Assembly: GCF_964213995.1 (NCBI RefSeq)
Contig: NC_135820.1
Coordinates: 3,596,001-3,660,000, forward strand
Direction: 5' to 3'
DNA length: 64,000 bases
Source: Mustelus asterias
Taxonomy: Eukaryota
Shown here piece after piece: positions 50,721 to 62,506 of this stretch. The translations under genes were made by a program, and so were the position numbers. Below the pieces are notes generated by a model. It had not been told where the DNA came from and ran no database searches. It was given only the letters and a program-made list of their open reading frames with translations. How positions within the stretch are numbered: the first letter of the stretch is position 1; each line of letters opens with the position of its first letter.

Positions 50721-51415
50721 TTTTGTACTATGAAAATTGCTACATCAATGCAGCAGGATGTGGTAGTGCAGAATGGACTTTGTGACAAGAGACTTTAGTT
50801 ATCTAAACACGTTTCAAAAATTCATTAATGGAATGTGGGTTGGTGAGTATTTTTTGCCCATCCCCTACTGTCCCTTCAGAAGGTGGTGGTAAGCTGCCTA
50901 CGTGAACCGTTGCGATTGTTGGTGTGTTGGTGCACCCACAGTGCTGTTCGGGAGGGAGTTCCAGAATTTTGACCCAGCGACTGTGAAGGAACGGCCGATA
51001 TATTTCCAAGTGAGGACTGGGAGGGGAACCTCCTGTTGCTGCTGTTCCCCAAGTATCTGCTGCCCTTGTCCTTCTCGATGCTCGTGGGCATGGGTTTGTA
51101 AGGAGCGTTGATGAGTTGTTGCTGTGCATCTTGTAGGTGGTACACACGGCTGCCAATGTGCGTCGGTGGAGGAGGGAGTGAATGTTTGTGGAAGTCACAC
51201 TTTCCAGGAGAACTGTTAAACTGTGCTGGTTTCCTTTGTTATTCAAACAGGCATGGTTCCTGCAAGATTAAAAATGATCACTTTTTAATATTTTGGCATT
51301 GTGTAGAGTTAATAACTGTTTCTTGTTGCTGCGGCCACTTCTACAAATGTACAAAGTTGGATTTTTTGCTACACTGGAGGCACTGACCACATGAACACAA
51401 TGATTTCCCTCATAG

Positions 51416-51518
51416 ATCCACCGGAAGTGACCATAACACGCTATGATGGCAAAGGGGGTGTCATCCTCAGGTGTGTCGCGGAAGCCAATCCTCCAGCAAG
51501 AACCTATTCTTGGCGAGG
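51416..51518 (+). CDS. Gene B exon for first half of third Ig domain (YPPEVTITRYDGKGGVILRCVAEANPPARTYSWR), intact
   Basis: 103 nt, catag| ... GG|gtaaat; 29/35 aa identical to gene A exon 4. Confidence 0.88.
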
Positions 51519-51725
51519 GTAAATCTGTGCTGAATCTATTGAGAATTTCATTGTGGATATTTCCAAACTTGTGGGGATAATGGATGGTTCAGAATTGTGA
51601 TGTGCCTATTAAATGTCAGACAAATACACAATGGCAAGGTAATGGTTAAGACTCACATTCCAACCATTATCTTGCAATTGTATCTTTGTCTATACTTGCC
51701 GTGTTTGTGAAACCTACCTCTCCAC

Positions 51726-51762
51726 TCACCTGATGATGGAGCAGTGCTCTGAAAGCTCGTGA
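51726..51762 (+). ncRNA. Minimal type I hammerhead ribozyme motif in a Penelope-like fragment (about 51645-51850)
   Basis: UCAC-CUGAUGA-U-GGAGC-AGU-GCUCU-GAAA-GC-UC^GUGA. Confidence 0.7.
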
Positions 51763-54739
51763 TTCCAGATAAACCTGTTGGACTTTAGCCTAGTGTTGTG
51801 AGACTTCTTAATGTGTCCACCCCAATCCAACGCCGGAATCTCCACATCATCTTTTTTTCATTCATTCGTGGGATATGGGCGTCGCTGGCTGGCCAGCATT
51901 TATTGCCCATCCCTAGTTGGTCGAGGGCAGTTGAGAGTCAACCACATTGCTGTGGCTCTGGAGTCACATGTAGGCCAGACCGGGTAAGGACGGCAGATTT
52001 CCTTCTCTAACGGACTTTAGTGAAAAGATAAGTTTTTTCCAGCAATTGACAATGGTTTCATGGTCATCAGTAGATTCGTAATTCCAGATTTTGTTCTGGA
52101 ATTAAGGTGGGATTCGAATCTGGGCCCACAGAAAATTTGCTGAGTTTTTGGATTAATGGTCTCGCAATAATATCACTGGGCCATCACCTACCCGACTTTC
52201 TGTTGCTGTTTCCAGAAACCCTTTTGACCCCTCAACCCCTACTCTTGATCTGACCCACTCATTTGTCTTACTCTCCTTCCTGAGGCCGGCATGGTGGCAC
52301 AGTGGTTAGCACTCCTGCCTCACAGTGCCAGGGACCCGGCTTCGATTCCCATCTTGGGTCACTGTCTGTGTGGAGTTTGCACGTTCTCCCCGTGTCTGCG
52401 TGGGTTTCCTCTGGGTGCTCGAGTTTCCTCCCACAGTCTGAAAGACATGCTGGGTTAGGTGCATTGACCTGAAGAGGCGCCGGACTGTGGCGACGAGGGG
52501 AATTTCACAGTAACTTCATTGCAGTGTTAATGTAAACCTTACTTGTGATATCAATAAATAAACTTTCAGAAAAATCTTTTCTTTTTCTTTATCCAGCGAT
52601 TGTCAACATTGTCTTCTTTCTTGTCTGGTTTTCTTCAATCATCCCACAATCCAATCTCAATATTATCCACCTGTCCCCTCCTCCTTCTTTCTCTTTTCTG
52701 TTTATCCTCATTCCCTCCATCAATTGTTGCTGATCCTCCACCAAAGCCTCATTTCAAAAGCTGTTCTCCTTCACTCAGCCTCACACTTCAGAGTCCAGTT
52801 CTCAGCTCCATGGAGTGCAACTTTGCTCTCGAGTGACTGGACTAGACATAGATTATCATAGAATCCTACGGTGCAGAAGGAGGCCATTCGGCCCATCGAG
52901 TCTGCACCGACCACAATCCTTCCCGTAATCCTTTATATTTACCCTGCTAATCCCCCTGACACAAGGGTTAATCTAGCATGGCCAATCAACCTAACCTGCA
53001 CATCTTTAGACTGTGGGAGGAAACCGGGGCACCCGGAGGCAAACCACACATACAAGGGCAGAATGTGCAAACTCCACACAGACAGTGACCCGAGGTCGGA
53101 ATCGAACCTGGGTCCCTGGTGCTGTGAGGCAGCAGTGCTCACCACTGTGCCACCATGCCGCCTCATTGTTGGAGTTTTATCGAGCCCATTTTAGAATCAT
53201 ACAATGATATAGCACAGAAGGATCCCATTCAATAATGTTGGAAAGCCTAATTATTGCCCTCAGACCCTGATCATTCATCACAGTGCTGTAAATGTTACAT
53301 TTAAGCGTATTTATTTGATTCCCTTTTGGAAAGTACTCTACAATCTCCATTCAGCACCGTGCAGACAGTGACATTAGATCAGAGCATCTCATTCCCCAGA
53401 GAGAAATCACACCTACCCGCTGATCCTATCCAGAACTGTAAAAATCTCAGGCGGGATTTTATGGCCTCGCTCAAGCAAGACCGGAAAATCCCACCTAAGG
53501 TCAACAGACATTTCCATTGTCTGCCCCTCACCCGCTCCGATTCTGTGGCAGATAGGAGGGTAGAATTCCCATGCTCTTTCCTGCACTTACAACATTTTGT
53601 GTCACTTATTTACGCGATCGTAATTTTGCACATCTCTGTTCAATGACCTAAAGTGCCCTTCAGTTCTGAGGGGAATGCACAACTTGTTCAATCTCCTGTC
53701 AAACAGCTGGAGAATCACAGCTTGGTCTGACTCCTGCTCTGACCAAGACCCCAAGGAACTACAAAGGGTCGTGAACGAAGCCCAGTCCATCGCGCTGCAG
53801 AGGGATTGAAACCCGCAACCCTTTTATTCAGGAATCAGACGGTCACCCTGCTGAGTGACAACTACTGAGTGGAGAGAGGCGGCTGGGGGTTCAAATGGAC
53901 GTGAGTTGCAACATAATTGTGAGGTGATGCATCTTTGTGGGAGGAACATGGAAAGACAATATAAAATAAGGGGTAAAATTCTTTAAGCGGGTGCAGGAGC
54001 AGAGGGACCTGGGTGTATATCATTGAAGGTGGCAGGACAGGTGGAGAGAGCAGTTAATATAACATAGAGCACTCTGGGCTTCATTAATAGGGGCATAGAG
54101 TATAAATGCAAGGAGATTATGCTGAACTTGTACAAGATGCTAGATCGACCTCAGCTGGAATATTATGTACATCTTATTTAACCTCTCCACACACAGATTC
54201 CCATCCCTGCCGTATTTCCCAGTCAATCTCCCTCTCTGCCTTCACTCTGTGATACCTCAAATCGACAACCCGACTTACAAAGTCATTGATGAAGTTGCCT
54301 GACTCTCAAATACAGGCAGAACTCTGAACATCGCACTTTAACCTTTGATGGGGTGGACAGCTCTCCTCACCTGGGATAGAGATCACCACGAGGAAATGGA
54401 AGAAACCGGTTACGATGTGTAGAATGATTGGTCCTTCCATTGTGGAACGATGGGTGATCTCATTCACTGACTCTGATAGACAGGATTGGAGTCTGGGCTC
54501 AGATCCTCAGTTGAAATCAGTACCTGACTTTTAGAGGATGGTAACCCCCGAGTGACACAGTCGCTGTTAGTTCCCGTGTATTGAACACATTCATTAAGAA
54601 TAAGTCCTGATCTCATTGTACATTCCCTCAGCCCCAACATATTCCTCATGGAAATGGAACAAGGCAGGAACGAAAGAAAGTTCACTAACAATTAAATATG
54701 TTTGCTTTTTTCCCCTATCAGTGTTGCATCATTGATGTT

Positions 54740-55495
54740 ACATAGAAACATAGAAACGAGAAGCAGGAGTAGGCCATTCAACCCTTCGAGTCTGATTATC
54801 TAATTCAACATCCTGATTCCTCCTCCCCCCCATATCCCTTGATCTCTTTCGCCCAAGAAGTGGATCTAATTTCTTCTTGAAATCACACAACATTTTGGCC
54901 TCAACTTCATTCAGTGGTAGTGAATTCCACACATCACCACCCTCTGGGTGAAGAGATTTCTCCTGACCTCAGTTCTAAAACGTTTACCCCTTATCCTCAA
55001 AGTATAATCCCCTAGTTCTGGACTCCCACAACATTGGGAACATTTTTTTCGAACTTATCCTGTCTAACGAATCCTGTTAGAATATTATAAGTTTCTATGA
55101 GATCCTCTCTCACTCTTCTGATCTCCAGTGAATATAATCCTAACCGACTTAGTTTCTCCTCATATGACAGACCTGCCATCCCAGGAATCAACCTTCGCTG
55201 TACTCCCTCCATAGCAAGGACATCCTTCCTCAGATAAGGACACCAAAACTGCGCACAATACTCCAGCTGTGGCCTCACCAATGCCCTAGACAACTGCAGC
55301 AAAACATCCCTATCCCTATACTCCAATCCTATCGCTATGAAGGCCCACATTCCATTATCCTTTTTTACTGCCTGCTGTACTTGCGCGCTTACTTTCAGCT
55401 ACTGATGCAAAAGGACACCAAGATCTTGTTGAGTATCTGCCTCTCTCAATTTACACCCATTCAAGTAATAATCTGTCTTCCTATTATTGCTACCT
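54740..55495 (-). mobile_element. CR1 3' fragment
   Basis: ORF 55012-55350. Confidence 0.85.
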
Positions 55496-55828
55496 ATTAT
55501 TGGCGTTTCCTTTCAGATCAATGGCCTGGTTCTAATTTTAATTCTGATTTCAGTCACTCTCTGCATTATTGACAAGGAAAGAGTTCATGCACAGAATTGT
55601 ATTCACCCTTTGGAAATATGTCCTGAACCTCCCAGGGAGTGGATTCCCAAACAAATCCTTGGTTTTAAGCCAAGGGAAACTTCTATTGTTGCTATCTGAT
55701 TGTTCAAAGCTTCCATCTTAGGTACAAGTGACTCAGGACGTTCCATAAACAAAGCACCATCTCCACACTTTAAAGGTGGCTCCTTGGGCAGCACGGTGGC
55801 AGAGTGATTAGCGCTGTTGCCTCACAGC

Positions 55829-56895
55829 CATGATGTGGAGATGCTGGCGTTGGACTGTGGTGGGCACAGTAAGAAGTCTCACAACACCAGGTTAAAGTCG
55901 AACAGGTTTATTTAGAATCAATAGCTTTCGGAGCGCTGCTCCTTCATCAGGTGAGTGGAGAGGTAGGTTGTACAAACACGGAATATATAGACAGTGACAC
56001 AATTGCAAGATAATTACAGATTGGATTGTGAAGAATGATTGGAATGCGAGTGGTAACTGGTCATCAAGTCTTCACAGGTACAAACAGTCTGAGTGGAGAG
56101 AGAGGTAACCACAGTTTAAAAATCATAGAATCATAGAATCATAGAAGCCCGACAGTGCAGAAAGAGGCCATTCGGCCCATCGAGTCTGCACCGACCACAA
56201 TCCCACCCAGACCCTACCCCCATATCCCAACATATTTACCCACTAATCCCTCAAACCTACACATCTCAGGACTCTAAGTGGCAATTTTTTAGCATGACCA
56301 ATCAACCTAACCCGCACATCTTTGATGATGGGCTGGGGTAAGCACAGTAAGAAGTCTCACAACACCAGGTTAAAGTCCAACAAGTTTATTTGGAATCAGG
56401 AGCTTTCGGAGCGCTGCTCCTTCATCAGGTGAGTGGAGAGGTAGGTTGCCCAAACACGGCATATATAGACAGTGACACAATTGCAAGATAATTATAGGTT
56501 GGATTGTGAAGAATGATTGGAATGCGAGTCTTTCCAGATAGTCAAGCCTTTACAGGTACAAACAGTATGAGTGGGGAGAGGGGTAATCACAGGTTAAAGA
56601 GGTGTGAATTGTCTCAAGTCAGGACAATTAGTAGGATTTTGCAAACCCAGGCAGTATGGTGGGGGTTTCCATGTAGAGTGACGTGAACCCAATATCCCGG
56701 CTGAGGCTGTCATCATGCGGACAGAAATTGGCGATCAGTTTCTGCTCGGCGATTCTGCGTTATCGTGTGTCTTGAAGACAGCCTTGGAAAATGCTTACCC
56801 GAAGATGGGAGGCTGAATGCTCTTGACTGCTGAAGTGTTTCCCGACTGGAAGGGAACACTCCTGTCTGTCGATTGTTGTGTGGTGTCCGTTCGTC
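55829..56895 (-). mobile_element. Penelope-like element 3' end: GIY-YIG C-terminal remnant + two tandem pseudo-LTR units, nested in an HE1 SINE
   Basis: Minus-strand translation NGHHTTIDRQECSLPVGKHFSSQEHSASHLRVSIFQG...EQKLI; duplicated about 280-bp units each with a hammerhead core; TSD GCCTCACAGC at 55819-55828 and 56896-56905. Confidence 0.8.
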
Positions 56896-57519
56896 GCCTC
56901 ACAGCGCCAGGGACCCGGGTTCGATTCCCGGCTTGAGTCACTGTCTGTGCAGAGTCTGCATGTTCTCCCTCGTCTGTGTGGGTTTCCTCCGGGTGCTCCG
57001 GTTTCCTCCCACAGTTTGAAAGACACGCTGGTTGGGTGCATTGGCCGTGCTAAATTCTTCCTCAATGTCCCCGACCAGGCACCAGAGTGCGGCGAAGAGG
57101 GGATTTTCACAGTAACTTCATTGCAGTGTTCATGTAAGCCTACTTGTGACACTAATAAATAAACTTTAAAAACTATCTGCAGCAAATTAAATCCATGGCT
57201 CGTTCAGTTATCAAGTTGATATTTTGCCCTGAATGATTGGTGTTTTGCGCTCAAGGGGATTGGTATTGTCACTGGGCTAGTAATCCAGAGAGACAGGACA
57301 GGATCTGGGCACACGGATTCAAATCCCACCAAGGCAGACGGTGAAACTTGAATTCAATTCAATAAAAAGTCTCATGAAATTGATTGTCGGAGAAATCCAT
57401 CTGGTTCACTAATATCCTTCAGGGAAGGAAATCTGCCATCCTGACCTGGTCTGGCCTACAAATGACTCCTGATCCAGATGGTTGACACTGAGCTGCCCTC
57501 TGCATTTTGGAAGGTCCTA

Positions 57520-57728
57520 AGCATGTAGGAATTATACAGTAAATTTTGAATCCTTTGGAGTATTGACAGGCAGTTAGATCTGGGCATGCATGTCCACCAA
57601 TCACTGAAAGTGGCAATGGAGGTGGATAAGATAGTCAAGAAGGCATACGGCATGCTTGCCTTCATCAGTCGGGGCATTGAGTGTAAAAATTGGCGGGTCT
57701 TGCTACAGCTGTAGAGGACCTTAGGCCT

Positions 57729-57760
<32 letters not shown>

Positions 57761-58270
57761 ACACTACCAGAAGGATGTGGATGCTTTGGAGAGGGTACAG
57801 AAGAGGTTTATCAGGATGTTGCCTGGTCTGGAGGGTATTAGCTATGAGGAGAGGTTGGTTAAACTCGGTTTGTTCTCACTGGAACAATGGAGGTTGAGGG
57901 GCAACCTGATGGAGGTTGACAAGATTATGAGTGGCATGGAAAGAGTGGATAGTCAGATGCTCTTTCCTTGGGTAGAAAAGTCAAGTACCAGGGACAGAGG
58001 TTTAAAGTGCGTGGGGAAAAGTTGAGAGGAGATGTGCGAGGCAAGTTCTTTACACAAGGGGGTGGTGAATGTTTGGAACACGCTGCCCCGGGAAGTGGTG
58101 GGAGTAGATATGATAGTGGTATTTAAAGGGCAACCAGACGAATGCATGAAGAGGATGGGAATGGAAGGATACAGACGACATAAGTGCAGATGGTTTTAGT
58201 TTCGGCAGGCATCATGATCAGCGCAGGCTTGGAGGGCCGAAGGGCCTATTCCTGTGCTGTTCTTTGTTTT
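57520..58270 (+). mobile_element. CR1 3' fragment
   Basis: ORF 57690-58025. Confidence 0.85.
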
Positions 58271-59447
58271 TTTTTTGAAATGGAGGGCAGTTAGGGGTGG
58301 ACATTAATTGGACCAAGACAACAACGCCCACATCCTCTGATCGAATAAAAGAAAACAAAATTATACTCTGTCTTTTCCATTCAGGGATCGATAAATATTT
58401 TCTGGGTTGGGTTGTCAAGTTGTGGAGCCAAGCAAGCTTGAGTCAAATCAGCCATACTTGATTGAACTGTGGAACAGTCTCAAGGGGCTGAATGGCCTCC
58501 TGAATCTTCTTACCTATTTCCTTGTGAGCATTAGGGAAAAATCTGAATTTCCTTGAAGAAAGCAATGATGATGTTTCATAAATGTCATTAATTTAGATAT
58601 TTGACAGGAGTGAGAAGATTTTTTTTTGCAATCCACGTACACACACCCACAGGTATTAGTGCAAAGGGTAATGAAGAAAGTCAATGAAATGTTGGTCTTT
58701 GTCTCAAGGTGTTTGGAATACCTTGTGAATCAGTTAAGGGCTACCACCAGTAATTTTACTCTGCAGTGACCACATTGAGTTCTGAGCATCACATCTCAAG
58801 AAGGCCATTCAAGGATATGAGACAAGTGCAGGAAAGTAGGAGCGTGACTTTATTGGCAGTTCTTGGCAAACTCGAAGGGCCGAAATGCCTTTTCTGCACA
58901 GTACGATTCTATGACTCTCTGCACATGTGTGCCCCAAAGAGATGCTGAAATTAGATCAAGCATTTTTATTATTAAAGACAGGGGGTAACGCCATTGTCCG
59001 TCCTGCATAGAGTAACCACCTGGAGTTTCGCTCAACCCCTATCTCCGTCCAACCAAAACCCCTTCGACCTCAGATGAACCCACTCCATGGAAACACACAA
59101 TCTTATCTCAACCTGTTCCACTTCAACCTCGAACACAATCCAACTGCGGTCGACGCATTTTTAAAAAATATTGTTTTGTAGGACATGGGCGTCACTGGCT
59201 GGTCAGCATCGGGCAGTTGCGGGTCAACCACATTGCTGTGGCTCTGGACTCACATGTTGGCCAGACCAGGGAAAGACGACAGATTTCCTTCCCGAAAAAG
59301 ACATGAGTGAGCCAGTTAGGTTTTTCCAACAATTGACAACGGTTGCATGGCATTCGGTAGATTCTTAATTCCAGATATTTTGTATTGAATTCAATTTCCA
59401 CCACCTGCCACGGCAGGTCGATTGGCCATGTGAAATTACCACTTGGT

Positions 59448-60165
59448 GTCCAAAGATGTGCAGGTTAGGTGGATTGGCCATGCTAAATTGCCCTGACTGT
59501 CCAAAGATGTGCAGGTTAGGTGGATTGGCCATGCTAAATTGCCCTGACTGTCCAAAGATGTGCAGGTTAGGTGGATTGGCCATGCTAAATTACCCTTACT
59601 GTCCAAAGATGTGCAGGTTAGGTGGATTGGCCATACTAAATTACCCTTACTGTCCAAAGATGTGCAGGTTAGGTGGATTGGCCATGCTAAATTAACCTTA
59701 TTGTCCAAAGATGTGTAGGTTAGGTGGATTGGCCATGCTAAATTACCCTTACTGTCCAAAGATGTGCAGGTTAGGTGGATTGGCCATGCTAAATTAACCT
59801 TATTGTCCAAAGATGTGTAGGTTAGGTGGATTGGCCATGCTAAATTACCCTTATTGTCCAAAGATGTGTAGGTTAGGTGGATTGGCCACGCTAAATTACC
59901 CTTACTGTCCAAAGATATGCAGGTTAGGTGGATTGGCCATGCCAAATTGCCGCTTGGTATCAAAAGATGTGCAGGCTATGTGGATTGGCCATGCTAAATT
60001 GCCCCTTAGTGTCAAATGATGTGTAGGTTCGGTGGATTGGCCATGATAAGTTGCCCTGAGATGCTCAGAGTTGTGCAGATAAAGTGGTTTGGCCATGCGA
60101 AATTGCCCCTTGGTGTCCAAAGATGAGTAGTTAGTTGGATTTGCCATGCTAAATTGCCCCTTAGT
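59448..60165 (+). repeat. Homogeneous minisatellite, about 14 units of 51-52 bp, same SINE-derived unit
   Basis: 17-aa periodicity in ORF 59436-59963. Confidence 0.92.
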
Positions 60166-60417
60166 TTGATTTGATTGATTATTTTGATCTGATTTATTAT
60201 TTTATTTGATTTGATTCATTATTATTACATGTATTAACATACAGTGAAACATATTGTTTCTTATGCACTATACAGACAAAACATATCGTTCATAGGAAAC
60301 GAGAGAGTGCAGAATGTTGTGTTACAGTCACAGCTCGGGTGTAGAGAAAGATCAAATTAATGCAAGGGAAGTCCATTCAAATGTCTGACAGCAGCAGGGA
60401 AGAATCTGTCTTGAGTC

Positions 60418-62506
60418 ATAGAACATAGAACATAGAACATTACAGCGCAGTACAGGCCCTTCGGCCCTCGATGTTGCGCCGACCAGTGAAACCAATCTCA
60501 AGCCCATCTAACCTATACTATTCCAATATCATCCATATGTTTATCCAATGACCAGTTAAATGCCTTTAATGTTGGCGAGTCCACTACTGCTGCAGGCAGG
60601 GCATTCCACGCCCTTACTACTCTCTGAGTGAAGAACCTACCTCTGACATCTGTCCTATATCTATCACCCCTCAATTTAAAGCGATGTCCCCTTGTGCTAG
60701 CTGTCACCATCCGTGGAAGAAGGCTCTCACTATCCACCCTATCTAATCCTCTGATCATATTGTATGCCTCTATTAATTCACCTCTTGACCTTCTTCTCTC
60801 TAACGAAAACAACCTCAAGTCCCTCAGCCTTTCCTCATAAGACCTTCCCACCATACCAGGCAACATCCTCGTAAATCTCCTCTGCACCCTTTCCAATGCA
60901 TCCACATCCTATAATGCGGTGACCAGAACTGTACGCAATACTCCAAGTGCGGCCGCACCAGAGTTTTGTCCAGCTGCAACATGACCTCCTGGCTCCGAAA
61001 CTCAATCCCTCTACCAATAAAGCTAACACTCCATCCGCCTCCTCAACAACCCTATCAGCCTGGGTGCCAACTTTCAGGGATCTATGCACATGGATACCGA
61101 GATCTCTCTGTTCATCCACACTACCAAGTATCTTACCATTAGCCCAGTACTCTGTATTCCTGTTACTCCTTCCAAAGTGAATCACCTCACACTTTTCCAC
61201 ATTGAACTCCATTTGCCACCTCTCAGCCCAGCACTGCAGCTCATCTATGTCCCTCTTTAACCTGCAACAACCTTCCGCACTGTCCACAACTCCACCGACT
61301 TTAGTGTCATCCACAAATTTACTAACCCATCCTCGACGCCCTCATCCAGGTCATTTGTAAAAATGACAAACAGCAGTGGCCCCAAAACAGATCCTTGCGG
61401 TACACCACTAGTTACTGAACTCCAGGATGAACATTTCCCATCAACCACCACCCTCTGTCTTCTTACAGCTAGCCACTTCCTGATCCAAACCGCTAAATCA
61501 CCCTCAATCCCATGTCTCCGTATCTTCTGCAATAGCTTACCGTGGGGAACCTTATCAAACGCTTTACTAAAATCCATATACACCACATCAACTGCTTTAC
61601 CCTCATCCACCTCAAAGAACTCAATAAGGTTTGTGAGGCACGACCTACCCTTCACAAAACCGTGTTGACTATCCCTAATCAAATTATTCCTTTCCAGATG
61701 ATTATAAATCCTATATCTTATAATCCTTCCCAAAACGTTGCCCACAACAGAAGTAAGGCTCACTGGTCTATAATTACCAGGGTTGTCTCTACTTCCCTTC
61801 TTGAACAAGGGGACAACATTTGCTATCCTCCAGTCTTCTGGCACTATTCCTGTAGACAATGACGACCTAAAAATCAAAGCCAAAGGCTCTGCAATCTCTT
61901 CCCGAGCCTCCCAGAGAATCCTGGGATAAATCCCATCCAATCCAGGGGATTTATCTGTTTTCACACTTTCGAGAATTGCTAACACCTCCTCCTTATTAAC
62001 CTCAATCCCGTCCAGTCCAATAGCCTGTATCTCAGCATTCTCCTTGACAACATTGTCTTTTTCCTGCACGAATACTGACGAAAAATATTCATTCAGTGCC
62101 TCTCCTATCTCTTCGGGCTCCACACACAACTTCCCACCACTGTCCTTGACATGCCCTAATCTTACCCGAGTCATGTTTTTATTGCTGACATACCTATAGA
62201 AAGCTTTAGAGTTTTTCCTTGATCCTACCTGCCAAAGACTTCTCATGTCCCCTCCTGGCTCTTCCTAACTCTCTCTTTAGGTCCTTCCTGGCTAACTTGT
62301 AACTCTCAAGCACCCTAACTGAACCTTCACATCTCATCTTCACATAGGTCTCCTTCTTCCTCTTCACAAGAGATTCAACTTCTTTAGTAAACCACGGTCC
62401 CCTTACTCGACCATTTCCTTCCTGCCTGACAGGTACATACTTATCAAGGACACCCAGCAGCTGTTCCTTGAACAAGCTCCACATTTCAATTGTGTCCATC
62501 CCCTTC
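60418..62506 (-). mobile_element. CR1 LINE (RT region) inserted into a Rex1/Babar-like LINE
   Basis: ORFs 61257-62246, 60835-61314 and 60513-60905; (catagaa)n tail at 60418-60440. Confidence 0.9.

Larger units (their letters stand above)
44524..51518 (+). pseudogene. Gene B: inverted paralog of gene A, IgV exon disrupted by CR1; pseudogene or soluble IgV
   Basis: Three exons homologous to gene A exons 2-4 with identical lengths (339/294/103 nt) and homologous flanking introns; premature TAG at 44880-44882. Confidence 0.8.

Noticed and set aside
55517-55699. Possible TM exon INGLVLILILISVTLCIIDKERV for gene B
   Set aside because: Good acceptor, but the hydrophobic frame needs phase 0 (TM exons here are phase 1), has no similarity to the gene A TM exon, and lacks a basic stop-transfer; probably AT-rich chance
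59436-59963. 175-aa repetitive ORF
   Set aside because: By-product of a 51-bp (multiple of three) tandem repeat
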